Source of the DNA: a virus
Strand: one strand, 5' to 3'
Length of the DNA: 64,000 nucleotides
Virus record (IMG/VR): IMGVR_UViG_3300044627_004253
Location: 2,513-66,512 of that record
Of the stretch, positions 53,726 through 62,646 are shown piece by piece (positions within the stretch are counted from its first letter, which is position 1; every line of letters begins with the position of its first letter). The translations under genes and the position numbers were made by a program. The notes under the pieces are model-generated. The model was not told the DNA's origin. It saw nothing but the letters and a program-made list of their open reading frames with translations, and did no database searches.

Positions 53726-54181
53726 TTAATCAGAGATAAACTCTTGTGTGTCGATTTGTGTATTAGGCTGTAACGTTAACTGAGCAGGAGAAGGGAAAGA
53801 AGCCTTTTTATAATCTTCAATCTTGTCTCGTGTATACTTCATAAAAGCGTTTAATACGGGGCGAATGATACTGGAATTAAACGCCTGTTCAAAATTATTA
53901 GGCGCTTCAGGTAGCATAGACTCATCAAACAAACGAGGAAGGTTATTCACACCTTCTATATTAAATATCTCTCCTTCTTTAGTATGTGCTATTATTTTAT
54001 AACTGAGTAAAACGTCTGCAGGTTTAAGCGCTTTAGCTAGATATGTTACAGCGTCAAATTCCTTTTCTTTATCTGGTAGCTTTTTAGATATGTCTATAAG
54101 CGAAGATAAAATTTTATCAAACGAGACCGCAAGCTTATCATTATCCGTTGTATCTGTTTCTGATTTTTTCGAGCTTTGCAT
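53726..54181 (-). CDS. hypothetical protein
   Basis: 151 aa ORF. Confidence 0.65.
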   Translation of the reverse strand: MQSSKKSETDTTDNDKLAVSFDKILSSLIDISKKLPDKEKEFDAVTYLAKALKPADVLLSYKIIAHTKEGEIFNIEGVNNLPRLFDESMLPEAPNNFEQAFNSSIIRPVLNAFMKYTRDKIEDYKKASFPSPAQLTLQPNTQIDTQEFISD

Positions 54182-54377
54182 CTGTGTTATTTAATACCTT
54201 ATTTAATTCTTGACTTTGAGCTTCGTAGTTCTGCGGAATGAACTTATTATCATTGACAGGCGCGCTGTCAACAATAATAGTGTCATCTCTGTTCCATCTA
54301 ATATTTCTAAACCTAGCTTTTAGAAATCTGTTCGGTCTTATGTGCCGTAAAGAGTTTGCAGTGTAAGAATAAGCCAT
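54141..54377 (-). CDS. small hypothetical protein, back-to-back with terL
   Basis: 78 aa; start shares CATATG with terL. Confidence 0.45.
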   Translation of the reverse strand: MAYSYTANSLRHIRPNRFLKARFRNIRWNRDDTIIVDSAPVNDNKFIPQNYEAQSQELNKVLNNTDAKLEKIRNRYNG

Positions 54378-57041
54378 ATGTATATAGATTTAAATTGGGA
54401 AGTCAAAACCAATGCAGAGTTCGCACACAAACTGCGCGTGTTGAATAAAGATATCGCAAGATTAGAAAAAGAAAACCAAGGAGATCCCCATGTAAACGAT
54501 AAAATCGCAGAAAGAATAATAGATATTTATAGACTTTGCAAATACAATGCGGGTTTATTAGTTCCTTACTTTTTTCCTAATTATCCTTACGATAAGCCGC
54601 TGTCATGCTCGGCGAGACCATATTCTTTTTCTATGTTCCATATGCAGTTAGGGGGGTTCCTAGCTATAAGAGCGGGGCGTCAAATAGGAAAAAGCACAAG
54701 CCTAGCGGCTAGACAATTGATGTACGCGCACATCATGAAAAAGAGGCGGAGTATGTACATTGTTCCTCATCAATCATTCTTGGATACATACGCCAACCGT
54801 GTCAGAGAAATGGAACGCTCCTTTAGATTCTACCAGCAACATAAAGACTACAGACAAAATTTAAAATATAAAGAGTATCCGAATGAGTCTATTATCATGA
54901 TGGTGAAATGCCTGACTGACACACAAGAAGCCCGGTCCAAAACTACAGACGAGGCCCTTTTTGACGAATCTGTTCACCCGAACACTAAAGTAGCGGTATA
55001 TGAAGGTAATGCAATCAAATTGAAAAAAATTTCTGACATTCTTGTCGGCGAAAAAGTACTTACCTATAATGCAGAAGGAAGTATAAAAGCAGCCTATGTG
55101 CGCTACAATAAGAACAAAGGAATAAAACATACTTGGAAACTTAAATTCTCAAATGGAGCTGAACTTATCTGCACCGGAAACACTCGTTTCTGGACAAGCA
55201 GAGGTTGGATGTTCCTTAGCGAGTTCTTGTCTTGGGAAGAGGCAGCTAGAGGAGATAACCTTGTCAAAGCTAAAACCCTGCTCACCATCAGAGAAGCAGC
55301 TACTCCTGGGGACTCTTCTTGGAGACGGCAGCATGCAATGGGGATCGAAATTACACGGACGAATTCGATTCACTCACGGAAAGGTACAGGAAACCTATTG
55401 TCGGTACAAAGCACAAGCGCTGAAAAGTTATGTAAAAACGCAACCGCAAATTGTGGAGAACAGAGGCTAGGGCAAGGAGAATTGCGTATTCTCGACTGTG
55501 CTGCCCCCAGCGTTCAGTTTTATGTATGCCCTGGCCTACCGCCCGGATTCTACCAATACTCAGAAACTGGTCAAGACGGTTACGCAGGACCCTACCAAAA
55601 GAGCAAGGAAATTAGAACTGCAGAGAATTCGCCGCACGGCGACCTTTACCCAGTCACGTTAGATAGTATTGAATACGCAGGAAAAGAAGAAGTATGGGAT
55701 ATTGATGTAGAGGAGCATCATACATTCTTTGCTAATGGTATTGCTATACATAACTGCCAGCTACTAGACCCAGACTTCCTACCGGATATTGAACAGTGTC
55801 AAAAAGCTTCGCGTATGGCGAGCACTATATACGCCGGGACATCCACGACTACAGATTCATTATTAGAAACAAAGTTTTTGGAATCCAGTCAAGCGGCCTG
55901 GGTTCTTCGCGCTCCCGGCTACCATTCAAATAGCGTAGGCGCGGGGTGGTTGAATTGTTCTGATAAAGAAGATATTTTAAAAGCTATTCAACCGCAGGGT
56001 ATTACAAACCCAGCCACAGGAAAAATTATTGATGCTACTGATGGTCACTTTGTTCACCAGATTCAATCTAATTTCGAGCAGGGTTATTTAGGATTTCATA
56101 TTCCGCAGATAATCATTCCTGACTACGCTAACGCACCGCACAAATGGATGGAAATATGGAATGCGTTCCAGAGTTACGACATTAAAAAGTTTTTACAGGA
56201 AATTCTAGGTATCCCCACGGAAGAGGGGATGAGAGAAATCACACTGCAAGATCTCAAAAATATATGCATAATACCTGACTCGCCTGAAACTTTAAAACAA
56301 CAAGTAAGTAAATATAAGTACACTGTATCAGGTTGTGACTGGGGTGGTTCCGACTATAACCCAGCTACCAGGACAAAGGTATCATTTACGGTGCATGTCA
56401 TTCTTGGTATATGCTGGGATGGATCTATTGAAATTATTCATATTCGTCAGTACTCCGGTATGGACTATCGTAGTATTTCAAATCAAATCTGCGATGACCA
56501 TAAAGCATACAACTGTATCGGTATAGCTTCTGACTTTGGCGTTGGCGCTGCTTATAACATGTTGCTGCGCGAGAACCCTATTATTCGTCCAGAGAGGCAT
56601 TTTATCTTTGGCTACGTAGGTCCTCAATCTGCGCTTATTAAAGCACCTAGTAGTGGTCCGGGGTGGTTTAATCAGTATTCGCTGAATAGAACCGAGTCTA
56701 TTACCAGTCTGTATCAAGCTATTAAAAGTAGAAGATTTAGATGTTACTCCTGGGATCTGGCGCAGGAAAGACTCAGTGAATTACTGAACCTATACCGCGT
56801 ACCTACAGAAACAATGGGAGGTAACTCAAGCTTCCGTTATCAACGCCATGGATCTAAAGCGGATGACACGCTGCACGCCATTAATTTCGCGTTCTGCCTC
56901 GCGCGTATCGTTCTGAATGAGCCCATCCTGGAAGACCCAGCACTAAGTCATCTATTTAGAGAAACATTTAACTCGGCGCAGCCAGCTCAATTCTTTAACC
57001 CTCATGGAGGATTTGATTTAGGCGGCGCTATCTCTGGTTAA
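54378..57041 (+). CDS. terL: terminase large subunit containing an intein
   Basis: RAGRQIGKST Walker A, LFDE|CQ Walker B, YAGT coupling motif, GCDWGG, SDFG, DDTLHA nuclease acidic motifs. Confidence 0.88.
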   Translation: MYIDLNWEVKTNAEFAHKLRVLNKDIARLEKENQGDPHVNDKIAERIIDIYRLCKYNAGLLVPYFFPNYPYDKPLSCSARPYSFSMFHMQLGGFLAIRAGRQIGKSTSLAARQLMYAHIMKKRRSMYIVPHQSFLDTYANRVREMERSFRFYQQHKDYRQNLKYKEYPNESIIMMVKCLTDTQEARSKTTDEALFDESVHPNTKVAVYEGNAIKLKKISDILVGEKVLTYNAEGSIKAAYVRYNKNKGIKHTWKLKFSNGAELICTGNTRFWTSRGWMFLSEFLSWEEAARGDNLVKAKTLLTIREAATPGDSSWRRQHAMGIEITRTNSIHSRKGTGNLLSVQSTSAEKLCKNATANCGEQRLGQGELRILDCAAPSVQFYVCPGLPPGFYQYSETGQDGYAGPYQKSKEIRTAENSPHGDLYPVTLDSIEYAGKEEVWDIDVEEHHTFFANGIAIHNCQLLDPDFLPDIEQCQKASRMASTIYAGTSTTTDSLLETKFLESSQAAWVLRAPGYHSNSVGAGWLNCSDKEDILKAIQPQGITNPATGKIIDATDGHFVHQIQSNFEQGYLGFHIPQIIIPDYANAPHKWMEIWNAFQSYDIKKFLQEILGIPTEEGMREITLQDLKNICIIPDSPETLKQQVSKYKYTVSGCDWGGSDYNPATRTKVSFTVHVILGICWDGSIEIIHIRQYSGMDYRSISNQICDDHKAYNCIGIASDFGVGAAYNMLLRENPIIRPERHFIFGYVGPQSALIKAPSSGPGWFNQYSLNRTESITSLYQAIKSRRFRCYSWDLAQERLSELLNLYRVPTETMGGNSSFRYQRHGSKADDTLHAINFAFCLARIVLNEPILEDPALSHLFRETFNSAQPAQFFNPHGGFDLGGAISG
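54969..55754 (+). mobile_element. intein (262 aa, Ser1) at terminase Walker B; no in-frame endonuclease
   Basis: FDE|SVHPNTKV, CTGNTRF, EVWDIDV, FFANGIAIHN|CQ. Confidence 0.9.
55153..55662 (+). pseudogene. decayed LAGLIDADG endonuclease in the +1 frame inside the TerL intein
   Basis: QLLLGTLLGDGSM, RIRFTHG..QETYCRYK, ENRG*G, FST, MYALAY, KTVTQ; internal TAG at 55468-55470; second LAGLIDADG half absent. Confidence 0.8.
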
Positions 57042-57964
57042 GGTAAATATGGGTTAGGATTAAAAAGCTCTGGATATTTATATTTACGCGGTATGTCTAC
57101 TAAGTAATTTTTATGAAGCTGAGTTAAAGTAGCTCCCATTCTGCCGCTAGGATCAGTTTTTAAAGATTCAGAAACAAGGCTATTTATAGTTGCATTTTCG
57201 CTTAAATTAGCGGGATTGTATGCAAGATTTTGCTGTATAAATCGCCTAGCCCCGGCAGAAGGTCCTCTGCTAGCTATTGTATGCGCAAAAGCTTCGCTAG
57301 ATAATGAGCGTTCTAACAATTTATTTCCAATAGCATGTGGGTAGGTTCTCATTAACCTCGCAACTTGTTTTACTGCGTCACGTCTAAATACTTCAGGTGC
57401 CAAGGCATGAAAAGCGTGACCAATTTCATGCCTTGGTATAAAAGGTGCAATTTCTTTCACGCCTCTATTTAAATATATACCACGAACTTCAGGTAAAAAA
57501 TATGAATCTATACCTGTAGCGCTATCTCCGCCATAAGCACCCCATATTTTATGCGTTTTACTTTTTGGGTTTTCTAAAAAATCAGGCATCCAAGGATGTT
57601 GTTTAAAAAGACGTCTGTTTTGTTCGCCACTCCTAGTAATGCTGTCAGACATTTCTTTATAATTATCAGAATATAATCCATTGACTTTATTTTTTAAATC
57701 AGGAGTTTTTAAAAATTTATAATTAGGATCTAATTTAGAAACGTTACTTTTTAAACCTTCTCTTATACCTCCTAACCGCCCTGGTAAATCAGCAGGTAAC
57801 GCTGCGCGCATTTCAGTATTAGCGCCATACCACAACGGACCTCTATTCGCATGCTGATTAATTCTATTAAGGTTCTGTATGCTAAGTTTACCCTGCCTCA
57901 ATAATTGCAACCACTTAGATGCAATCTTTAACATTCCTGTATTTGAAAGTTTATTGTTGTTCAT
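57038..57964 (-). CDS. leader-bearing protein with HExxH metallopeptidase-like motif
   Basis: MNNNKLSNTGMLKIA leader; GIYLN, RHEIGHAFH, SEAFA. Confidence 0.6.
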   Translation of the reverse strand: MNNNKLSNTGMLKIASKWLQLLRQGKLSIQNLNRINQHANRGPLWYGANTEMRAALPADLPGRLGGIREGLKSNVSKLDPNYKFLKTPDLKNKVNGLYSDNYKEMSDSITRSGEQNRRLFKQHPWMPDFLENPKSKTHKIWGAYGGDSATGIDSYFLPEVRGIYLNRGVKEIAPFIPRHEIGHAFHALAPEVFRRDAVKQVARLMRTYPHAIGNKLLERSLSSEAFAHTIASRGPSAGARRFIQQNLAYNPANLSENATINSLVSESLKTDPSGRMGATLTQLHKNYLVDIPRKYKYPELFNPNPYLP

Positions 57965-58583
57965 TTTGGGCAGGAGTGAGATCTTCCTTTAGAATCTTTT
58001 TAATGACCATCTCATCCACACCAATCATACGCATCTGAATGAGCATATCATCACGCATTTCAGCTACGAACCTCTCATAGTAAGGTACCACCTCTTCCTC
58101 TTCTAATTCCTCACTATCCTCTGCTTCATTATTAATGATCTCGTCAATAAGGCGATCTATAGACGGAGCAAAACCTTCTGAGTCGCCACGGTTAAGTTCC
58201 ACTTCGTAAATACCCCAGAGCATTTCAGGCACAGTCAAATCTTCTAAAGCGCCATCCACTAAATCTCCCAAATCCCCGGAATACAAAGCATTGGCTATGC
58301 TTACAAAGGCTAAAGGGTCTTCATAAAAAGCGTCGGTGGATAAAGCCAACATCAACGCGTTGATTTTGTTCTCGTTTGATTCAGGTACAGTAACCGAAAA
58401 ATCTTCTTTAATTCGAAGCCAGAATTCCACCGGGTCCATTGCCTCAATACCTTTTTCAGGATCACCGTAGGCCTCATCCCCGTACGCAGCTAGGATTATT
58501 ATATGCAATACCGTTGCAGTCGTTTCGGTATCCGCAAGGAAATCGGCAGCTGTGCGCTTATCAAATGGGAATGTGTCTAGCAT
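57951..58583 (-). CDS. acidic hypothetical protein
   Basis: 210 aa ORF. Confidence 0.7.
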   Translation of the reverse strand: MLDTFPFDKRTAADFLADTETTATVLHIIILAAYGDEAYGDPEKGIEAMDPVEFWLRIKEDFSVTVPESNENKINALMLALSTDAFYEDPLAFVSIANALYSGDLGDLVDGALEDLTVPEMLWGIYEVELNRGDSEGFAPSIDRLIDEIINNEAEDSEELEEEEVVPYYERFVAEMRDDMLIQMRMIGVDEMVIKKILKEDLTPAQNEQQ

Positions 58584-58589
58584 ACCGCA

Positions 58590-59663
58590 TTATGCTACTT
58601 TTAGTAAAAGGTTCAACAGTTCTTTCTGCTGCGTCTTTTCTAAAGTAGAAATGCCGTTAGTTACTTCTGCTGCAGATTTTGTATTTCCACCAGTCAGAGT
58701 AGAAACAAGACTAATAATTTTATCAGCGGTTTCTTTTCTGAACGCGCGTTTAATATGCTTACTATCATTTTCCAGAAGTTTAGTGACATCCTTGGCAGGC
58801 ACCATAATATCAGAAATAAACACGTTGTTTTCTGATAAGGCTTCCACATGTGCGAGTTTTACGCCGGAATAGAAACATTCGTGCGGCGAAGAAGTACGTA
58901 TGTGGCTGACGTTATTCACAGCGTCGAGACCCATCCAAATGTCTGTAGCTTCCTCCACAGTAATTTTTCCTTCCGAGGCTTGCTTTAATGCGACAGTGTA
59001 ATCCTGAGTGTCTATGCCCAGTCTGGCTCTTTCGTTAACGCCAACCTCAGCGGTATCGAAATCCACCAGCCTTTCCTCCCCTAAATTCCAGACACGCTCA
59101 GGAATCTCATTTCTGTGTAGTTTTAACTCGTTAGCCTTTTTAACGATATTCTTTGCCGCGTGGTAAAACCAATCTGTTGGAATATGACCATCAAGCCAGT
59201 CTCTAACAACGTCTGTTGCTGACTTGGTAACTTCAACGGAATTACCAATAGGATACGACTTCCAAGAATCGTCTTCTTCTATATTGAAAGTTAAAGCGTA
59301 TTGATTTTCTACATTATTATAATCAAATGCAGATTTTTCTGTTTGAGGCAGTAAATCTAAAGCAGCGTCAATATCCTTTTCAATTTCAAAAAGGGCGGCA
59401 GCAGATTTAACGACTTCAAATTCTTTGCTATCGCGCATACCATTACCGGCCAAATAAACGGCGCTCATGTAAGTGGCTGCTTTTGTGTGAATGGGGTGCA
59501 GGCGCTTTACCGGATCGGCGAAAGCGCAATCGTTTAAAGATACCACATCTTCTTCTTGAAGAAGAGTTGCTTCCTTGACATAGTGGGGCAAGCTTTCGCC
59601 TGCTTTGATGCCGACTTCGTAGAGAGCTGTGGGGTTATTATCTTTAGTAAAGTCCATAGTCAT
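58590..59663 (-). CDS. putative virion protein, K-x-A rich
   Basis: AFAD...PIHTKAATYMS; more than ten K-x-A motifs in 357 aa. Confidence 0.6.
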   Translation of the reverse strand: MTMDFTKDNNPTALYEVGIKAGESLPHYVKEATLLQEEDVVSLNDCAFADPVKRLHPIHTKAATYMSAVYLAGNGMRDSKEFEVVKSAAALFEIEKDIDAALDLLPQTEKSAFDYNNVENQYALTFNIEEDDSWKSYPIGNSVEVTKSATDVVRDWLDGHIPTDWFYHAAKNIVKKANELKLHRNEIPERVWNLGEERLVDFDTAEVGVNERARLGIDTQDYTVALKQASEGKITVEEATDIWMGLDAVNNVSHIRTSSPHECFYSGVKLAHVEALSENNVFISDIMVPAKDVTKLLENDSKHIKRAFRKETADKIISLVSTLTGGNTKSAAEVTNGISTLEKTQQKELLNLLLKVA

Positions 59664-59668
59664 AAGTA

Positions 59669-59696
59669 ATTATCGTCGTAATTCTAAATGGGTCAA
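59669..59696 (-). promoter_or_regulatory. sigma70-like promoter TTGACC-N16-GATAAT
   Basis: 5 nt upstream of ATG 59663; a divergent TGcTATACT lies upstream of 59755. Confidence 0.4.
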
Positions 59697-59754
59697 GTAA
59701 ATCTAAATTCTTTGTCGCTTAAACAAGTATCGATGCTATACTAAAAATTACGTT

Positions 59755-62223
59755 ATGGAACTCGGGCTGCATGCTATAGAGCAAATTGTAAATCCTATTG
59801 AGCTGGTACACTTACTGTCTGACGATCTACAGTTAAGTGGCGCTGGCCAATATACTACAAAATGTCCTAAATGCGAAAGCAAATTGTACATATTAGATAA
59901 AGAATTTGTTTGTGAGAATAGTCTCTGTTTCTTCAGAGCGGGCAGCGTGGTGGATTATCTAGTAGTTCGGGGTATATGCACCTGGGACGAGTCTATAGAA
60001 ACACTGAATCGTATCCTAGATAATAGAATTAAAAATTCTTATTTATATAAAAATCAAAAGAGCATAACGGCGCAATTAAAAAATAAGAGAAAAATATTTG
60101 ATTTGTTTCTGAAAAAAATACTATCTACGTCGCAAGATAATATAAAAATAATTCAATACAGAAGTGCTTTACGCTCGCAAGGGTTGGATCCAGAGATTTT
60201 AAAACATTCTGTTTTCGTTTTGAATGAAGCAGAGACAGAGCAATTAAAAAGTACTATTGAATCTTTGAATCCTGATAAGACTATAAATATAAGTGGTATA
60301 AATATTGTGTTACCTTACTTTTCAAGTTATCATAATATAGCGCATTTGATTGTTCTGAAATCTCCAGATGCTAAACCGGATAAAGTACCTGTGAACACAT
60401 CCAGGACCTCTTTCTTTGGTTTACTACAAAGACACCCGGGATGTAAGGACACGCATTTAGGTTTTACCTACGCAGTGGCTAGCAAATTAAATACTCAATA
60501 CGGGCTAGTCAATCCTGAGACTGTGTGTCTGCATATGATGCATGATCCTACGTCCGAGGGGCAGGCTATAGTGTTACCTCAAGCGAAGTATATCGCCACG
60601 GGAGTTAATAACGCTGACTTACGGAGTGTAAGCACTATTCAAAGATATATACCCAAGTTGGAAGTTATAACGAGTAAAATATTTTTACACAAAGAGCAAG
60701 AGACAGTACCATCTGATGAATTTGTTCTACAATGTGTAATTAAAGAACTTCAGAATAAAATATCTATTAATAATATATTGTCTTTAGTGGATCTAACGCC
60801 TAAAAGCAGGCAAGGCTTGCTGGAGCGACTTCACGCTAATAGATATTTTAATGAAGCGGAAGAGGTTAGAAACTTCTTTAAAACTCTACCTATATACAAA
60901 GATGATAAAGTCACGTTGTTTAGTAATCCTCACGGATATACGCTGCGTAAACATAACAGCGAAAACTTTAATAATCATGTCAGTAACTTTACTATAGAGC
61001 TAGAAAAGAATATTGTTTTTTCCGAATCCACGGACATTTTTCATGCGGGTCAACTTCATTTTAATAATGAAAGCTTTAACATAGTATTCAAACAAGAAGA
61101 ACTAGATAAAGTAACAGAGCTAGAGAAAGTAACAAGAAGAGCTACCTTGGGGAGTGTCAGTAGTGAAATAAATATTCCAACAATTAAAGACAGGTCTGCA
61201 GGCAAATATCTGACTACTTATTTCAGAGAGCAAATTGCCCAGTTACCCCGGGTAGAGGGTGTGCCTATGCTGGGGTGGTCTCCTAGACGCACTTCTTTCT
61301 ATTCACCGTACTTCATCGCAGATAAAAAAAGTGTGCGGGCAGGTAAAAAATATCTACACCCGTCTCTAGTTACGCTTACTAATTATACTAATGATGTAGA
61401 GGACACAGCACGACTTTACTATGACTTACCTGACTGTATTGTTAATATACTAAATCAATCAGCGTCTTTTATCGCGCGGAGTTTTTTAAGTATGCAGGTG
61501 CGTCCTCTGCCTTTTTACAATAATTCTGAAGCGCGTAGACTTCTGACAGACATTTTTTTATCTTTGGGACAGACATGCTTACTGCAGTTAAACAACAACA
61601 TGAGAGGAGAAGAAGTACCAGGCCTTCGCGGTTTTCCTTTTTGTGGGGTCGGTTATACATCAGCGCAAGTAGTTAAAAGTAACGTTCCAGGTTTCATACT
61701 ATGTGATGCCGGGACAATTATCAATGAAATATTCCCTCCAGATGTTATAAATAAAGCACAGCATACTTTAAGATTTATAATAAAGAATGTTGTGAAATGG
61801 GCAATCGATACAAAAGCAGAAAATTTTCAACAAGTTAACAGTGTATCAAGGTCTAACGCCTATTCTAAAGAAGGAGCAAATATCATCATAGATTCTTGCA
61901 ACTTGACTTCATGGCCATCGAGTAAGACACCGTTTGAAAATCTAGATAGTTTACTTGGCACTATCGGCTTTGATGAAGTTAAAAATTATTTTGTGAGTAA
62001 TATCAACACGCACAAACTACAGATTAAGAATGAAATTCTAAACAAAGTAGCAAACCGCCAGGGGTTAGAAAACGAGCTCAGATCTATATCTAAGCATGTA
62101 GATTTTACAGAAGACACCGTGGACGTAGACTCAGAAAGTATGCTTGAGGCATTAAATTCATATTACCATATGAACCCCGTATTAACAGAATATTTCGATT
62201 CTGAAAAACTATTTAAGTATTAA
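59755..62223 (+). CDS. large hypothetical protein with N-terminal primase-like zinc finger
   Basis: CPKC...FVCENSLC...GSVVDYL; 822 aa; no catalytic motif recognised. Confidence 0.6.
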   Translation: MELGLHAIEQIVNPIELVHLLSDDLQLSGAGQYTTKCPKCESKLYILDKEFVCENSLCFFRAGSVVDYLVVRGICTWDESIETLNRILDNRIKNSYLYKNQKSITAQLKNKRKIFDLFLKKILSTSQDNIKIIQYRSALRSQGLDPEILKHSVFVLNEAETEQLKSTIESLNPDKTINISGINIVLPYFSSYHNIAHLIVLKSPDAKPDKVPVNTSRTSFFGLLQRHPGCKDTHLGFTYAVASKLNTQYGLVNPETVCLHMMHDPTSEGQAIVLPQAKYIATGVNNADLRSVSTIQRYIPKLEVITSKIFLHKEQETVPSDEFVLQCVIKELQNKISINNILSLVDLTPKSRQGLLERLHANRYFNEAEEVRNFFKTLPIYKDDKVTLFSNPHGYTLRKHNSENFNNHVSNFTIELEKNIVFSESTDIFHAGQLHFNNESFNIVFKQEELDKVTELEKVTRRATLGSVSSEINIPTIKDRSAGKYLTTYFREQIAQLPRVEGVPMLGWSPRRTSFYSPYFIADKKSVRAGKKYLHPSLVTLTNYTNDVEDTARLYYDLPDCIVNILNQSASFIARSFLSMQVRPLPFYNNSEARRLLTDIFLSLGQTCLLQLNNNMRGEEVPGLRGFPFCGVGYTSAQVVKSNVPGFILCDAGTIINEIFPPDVINKAQHTLRFIIKNVVKWAIDTKAENFQQVNSVSRSNAYSKEGANIIIDSCNLTSWPSSKTPFENLDSLLGTIGFDEVKNYFVSNINTHKLQIKNEILNKVANRQGLENELRSISKHVDFTEDTVDVDSESMLEALNSYYHMNPVLTEYFDSEKLFKY

Positions 62224-62642
62224 TTTCTCTGGGCGTAGCAATACATTCCATAGGCAGCCATTATCTCTAAAAATCTCTGAACAGTTACAGCGCGCTGCTG
62301 CTTAGTGTGGTCCCAGATAGCTATCTGACTATCATTAGTTATTCTTCCTTGTTGTAAATTTAAATTGATAAGTACTACGAGTTTACTAAATTCGGTTTCA
62401 TCTTCTTTGCTGGCTGCTAATTTAATATTCTCCGGTTGTACATCAAACGGCGGAACTTCAGTTGATGCAGTTGCAAAATAAGATATCGCAACATCAATAG
62501 AGTCAGCGTATATCCAGCCGTCCACCGGGTAAGTGAGGCTATCTTTGTCTTCGATAGTCAGCATATACCCCGGCCCTTCAACAATGTTGGGCGCGTAAAG
62601 AATTTGTGTGTTATCTTTTTTGTAAAAACCAGTGTTGTTCAT
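62220..62642 (-). CDS. hypothetical protein, possibly tail-fibre associated
   Basis: GFYK...YAPN...TYPVDGW; follows the repeat protein. Confidence 0.55.
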   Translation of the reverse strand: MNNTGFYKKDNTQILYAPNIVEGPGYMLTIEDKDSLTYPVDGWIYADSIDVAISYFATASTEVPPFDVQPENIKLAASKEDETEFSKLVVLINLNLQQGRITNDSQIAIWDHTKQQRAVTVQRFLEIMAAYGMYCYAQRN

Positions 62643-62646
62643 AAAA

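Noticed and set aside
55468-55470. Genome-wide TAG reassignment suggested by the in-frame TAG
   Set aside because: Long genes are intact under the standard code and TAG ends real genes (e.g. 5611, 16382, 46991); the nuclease is also truncated by deletion.
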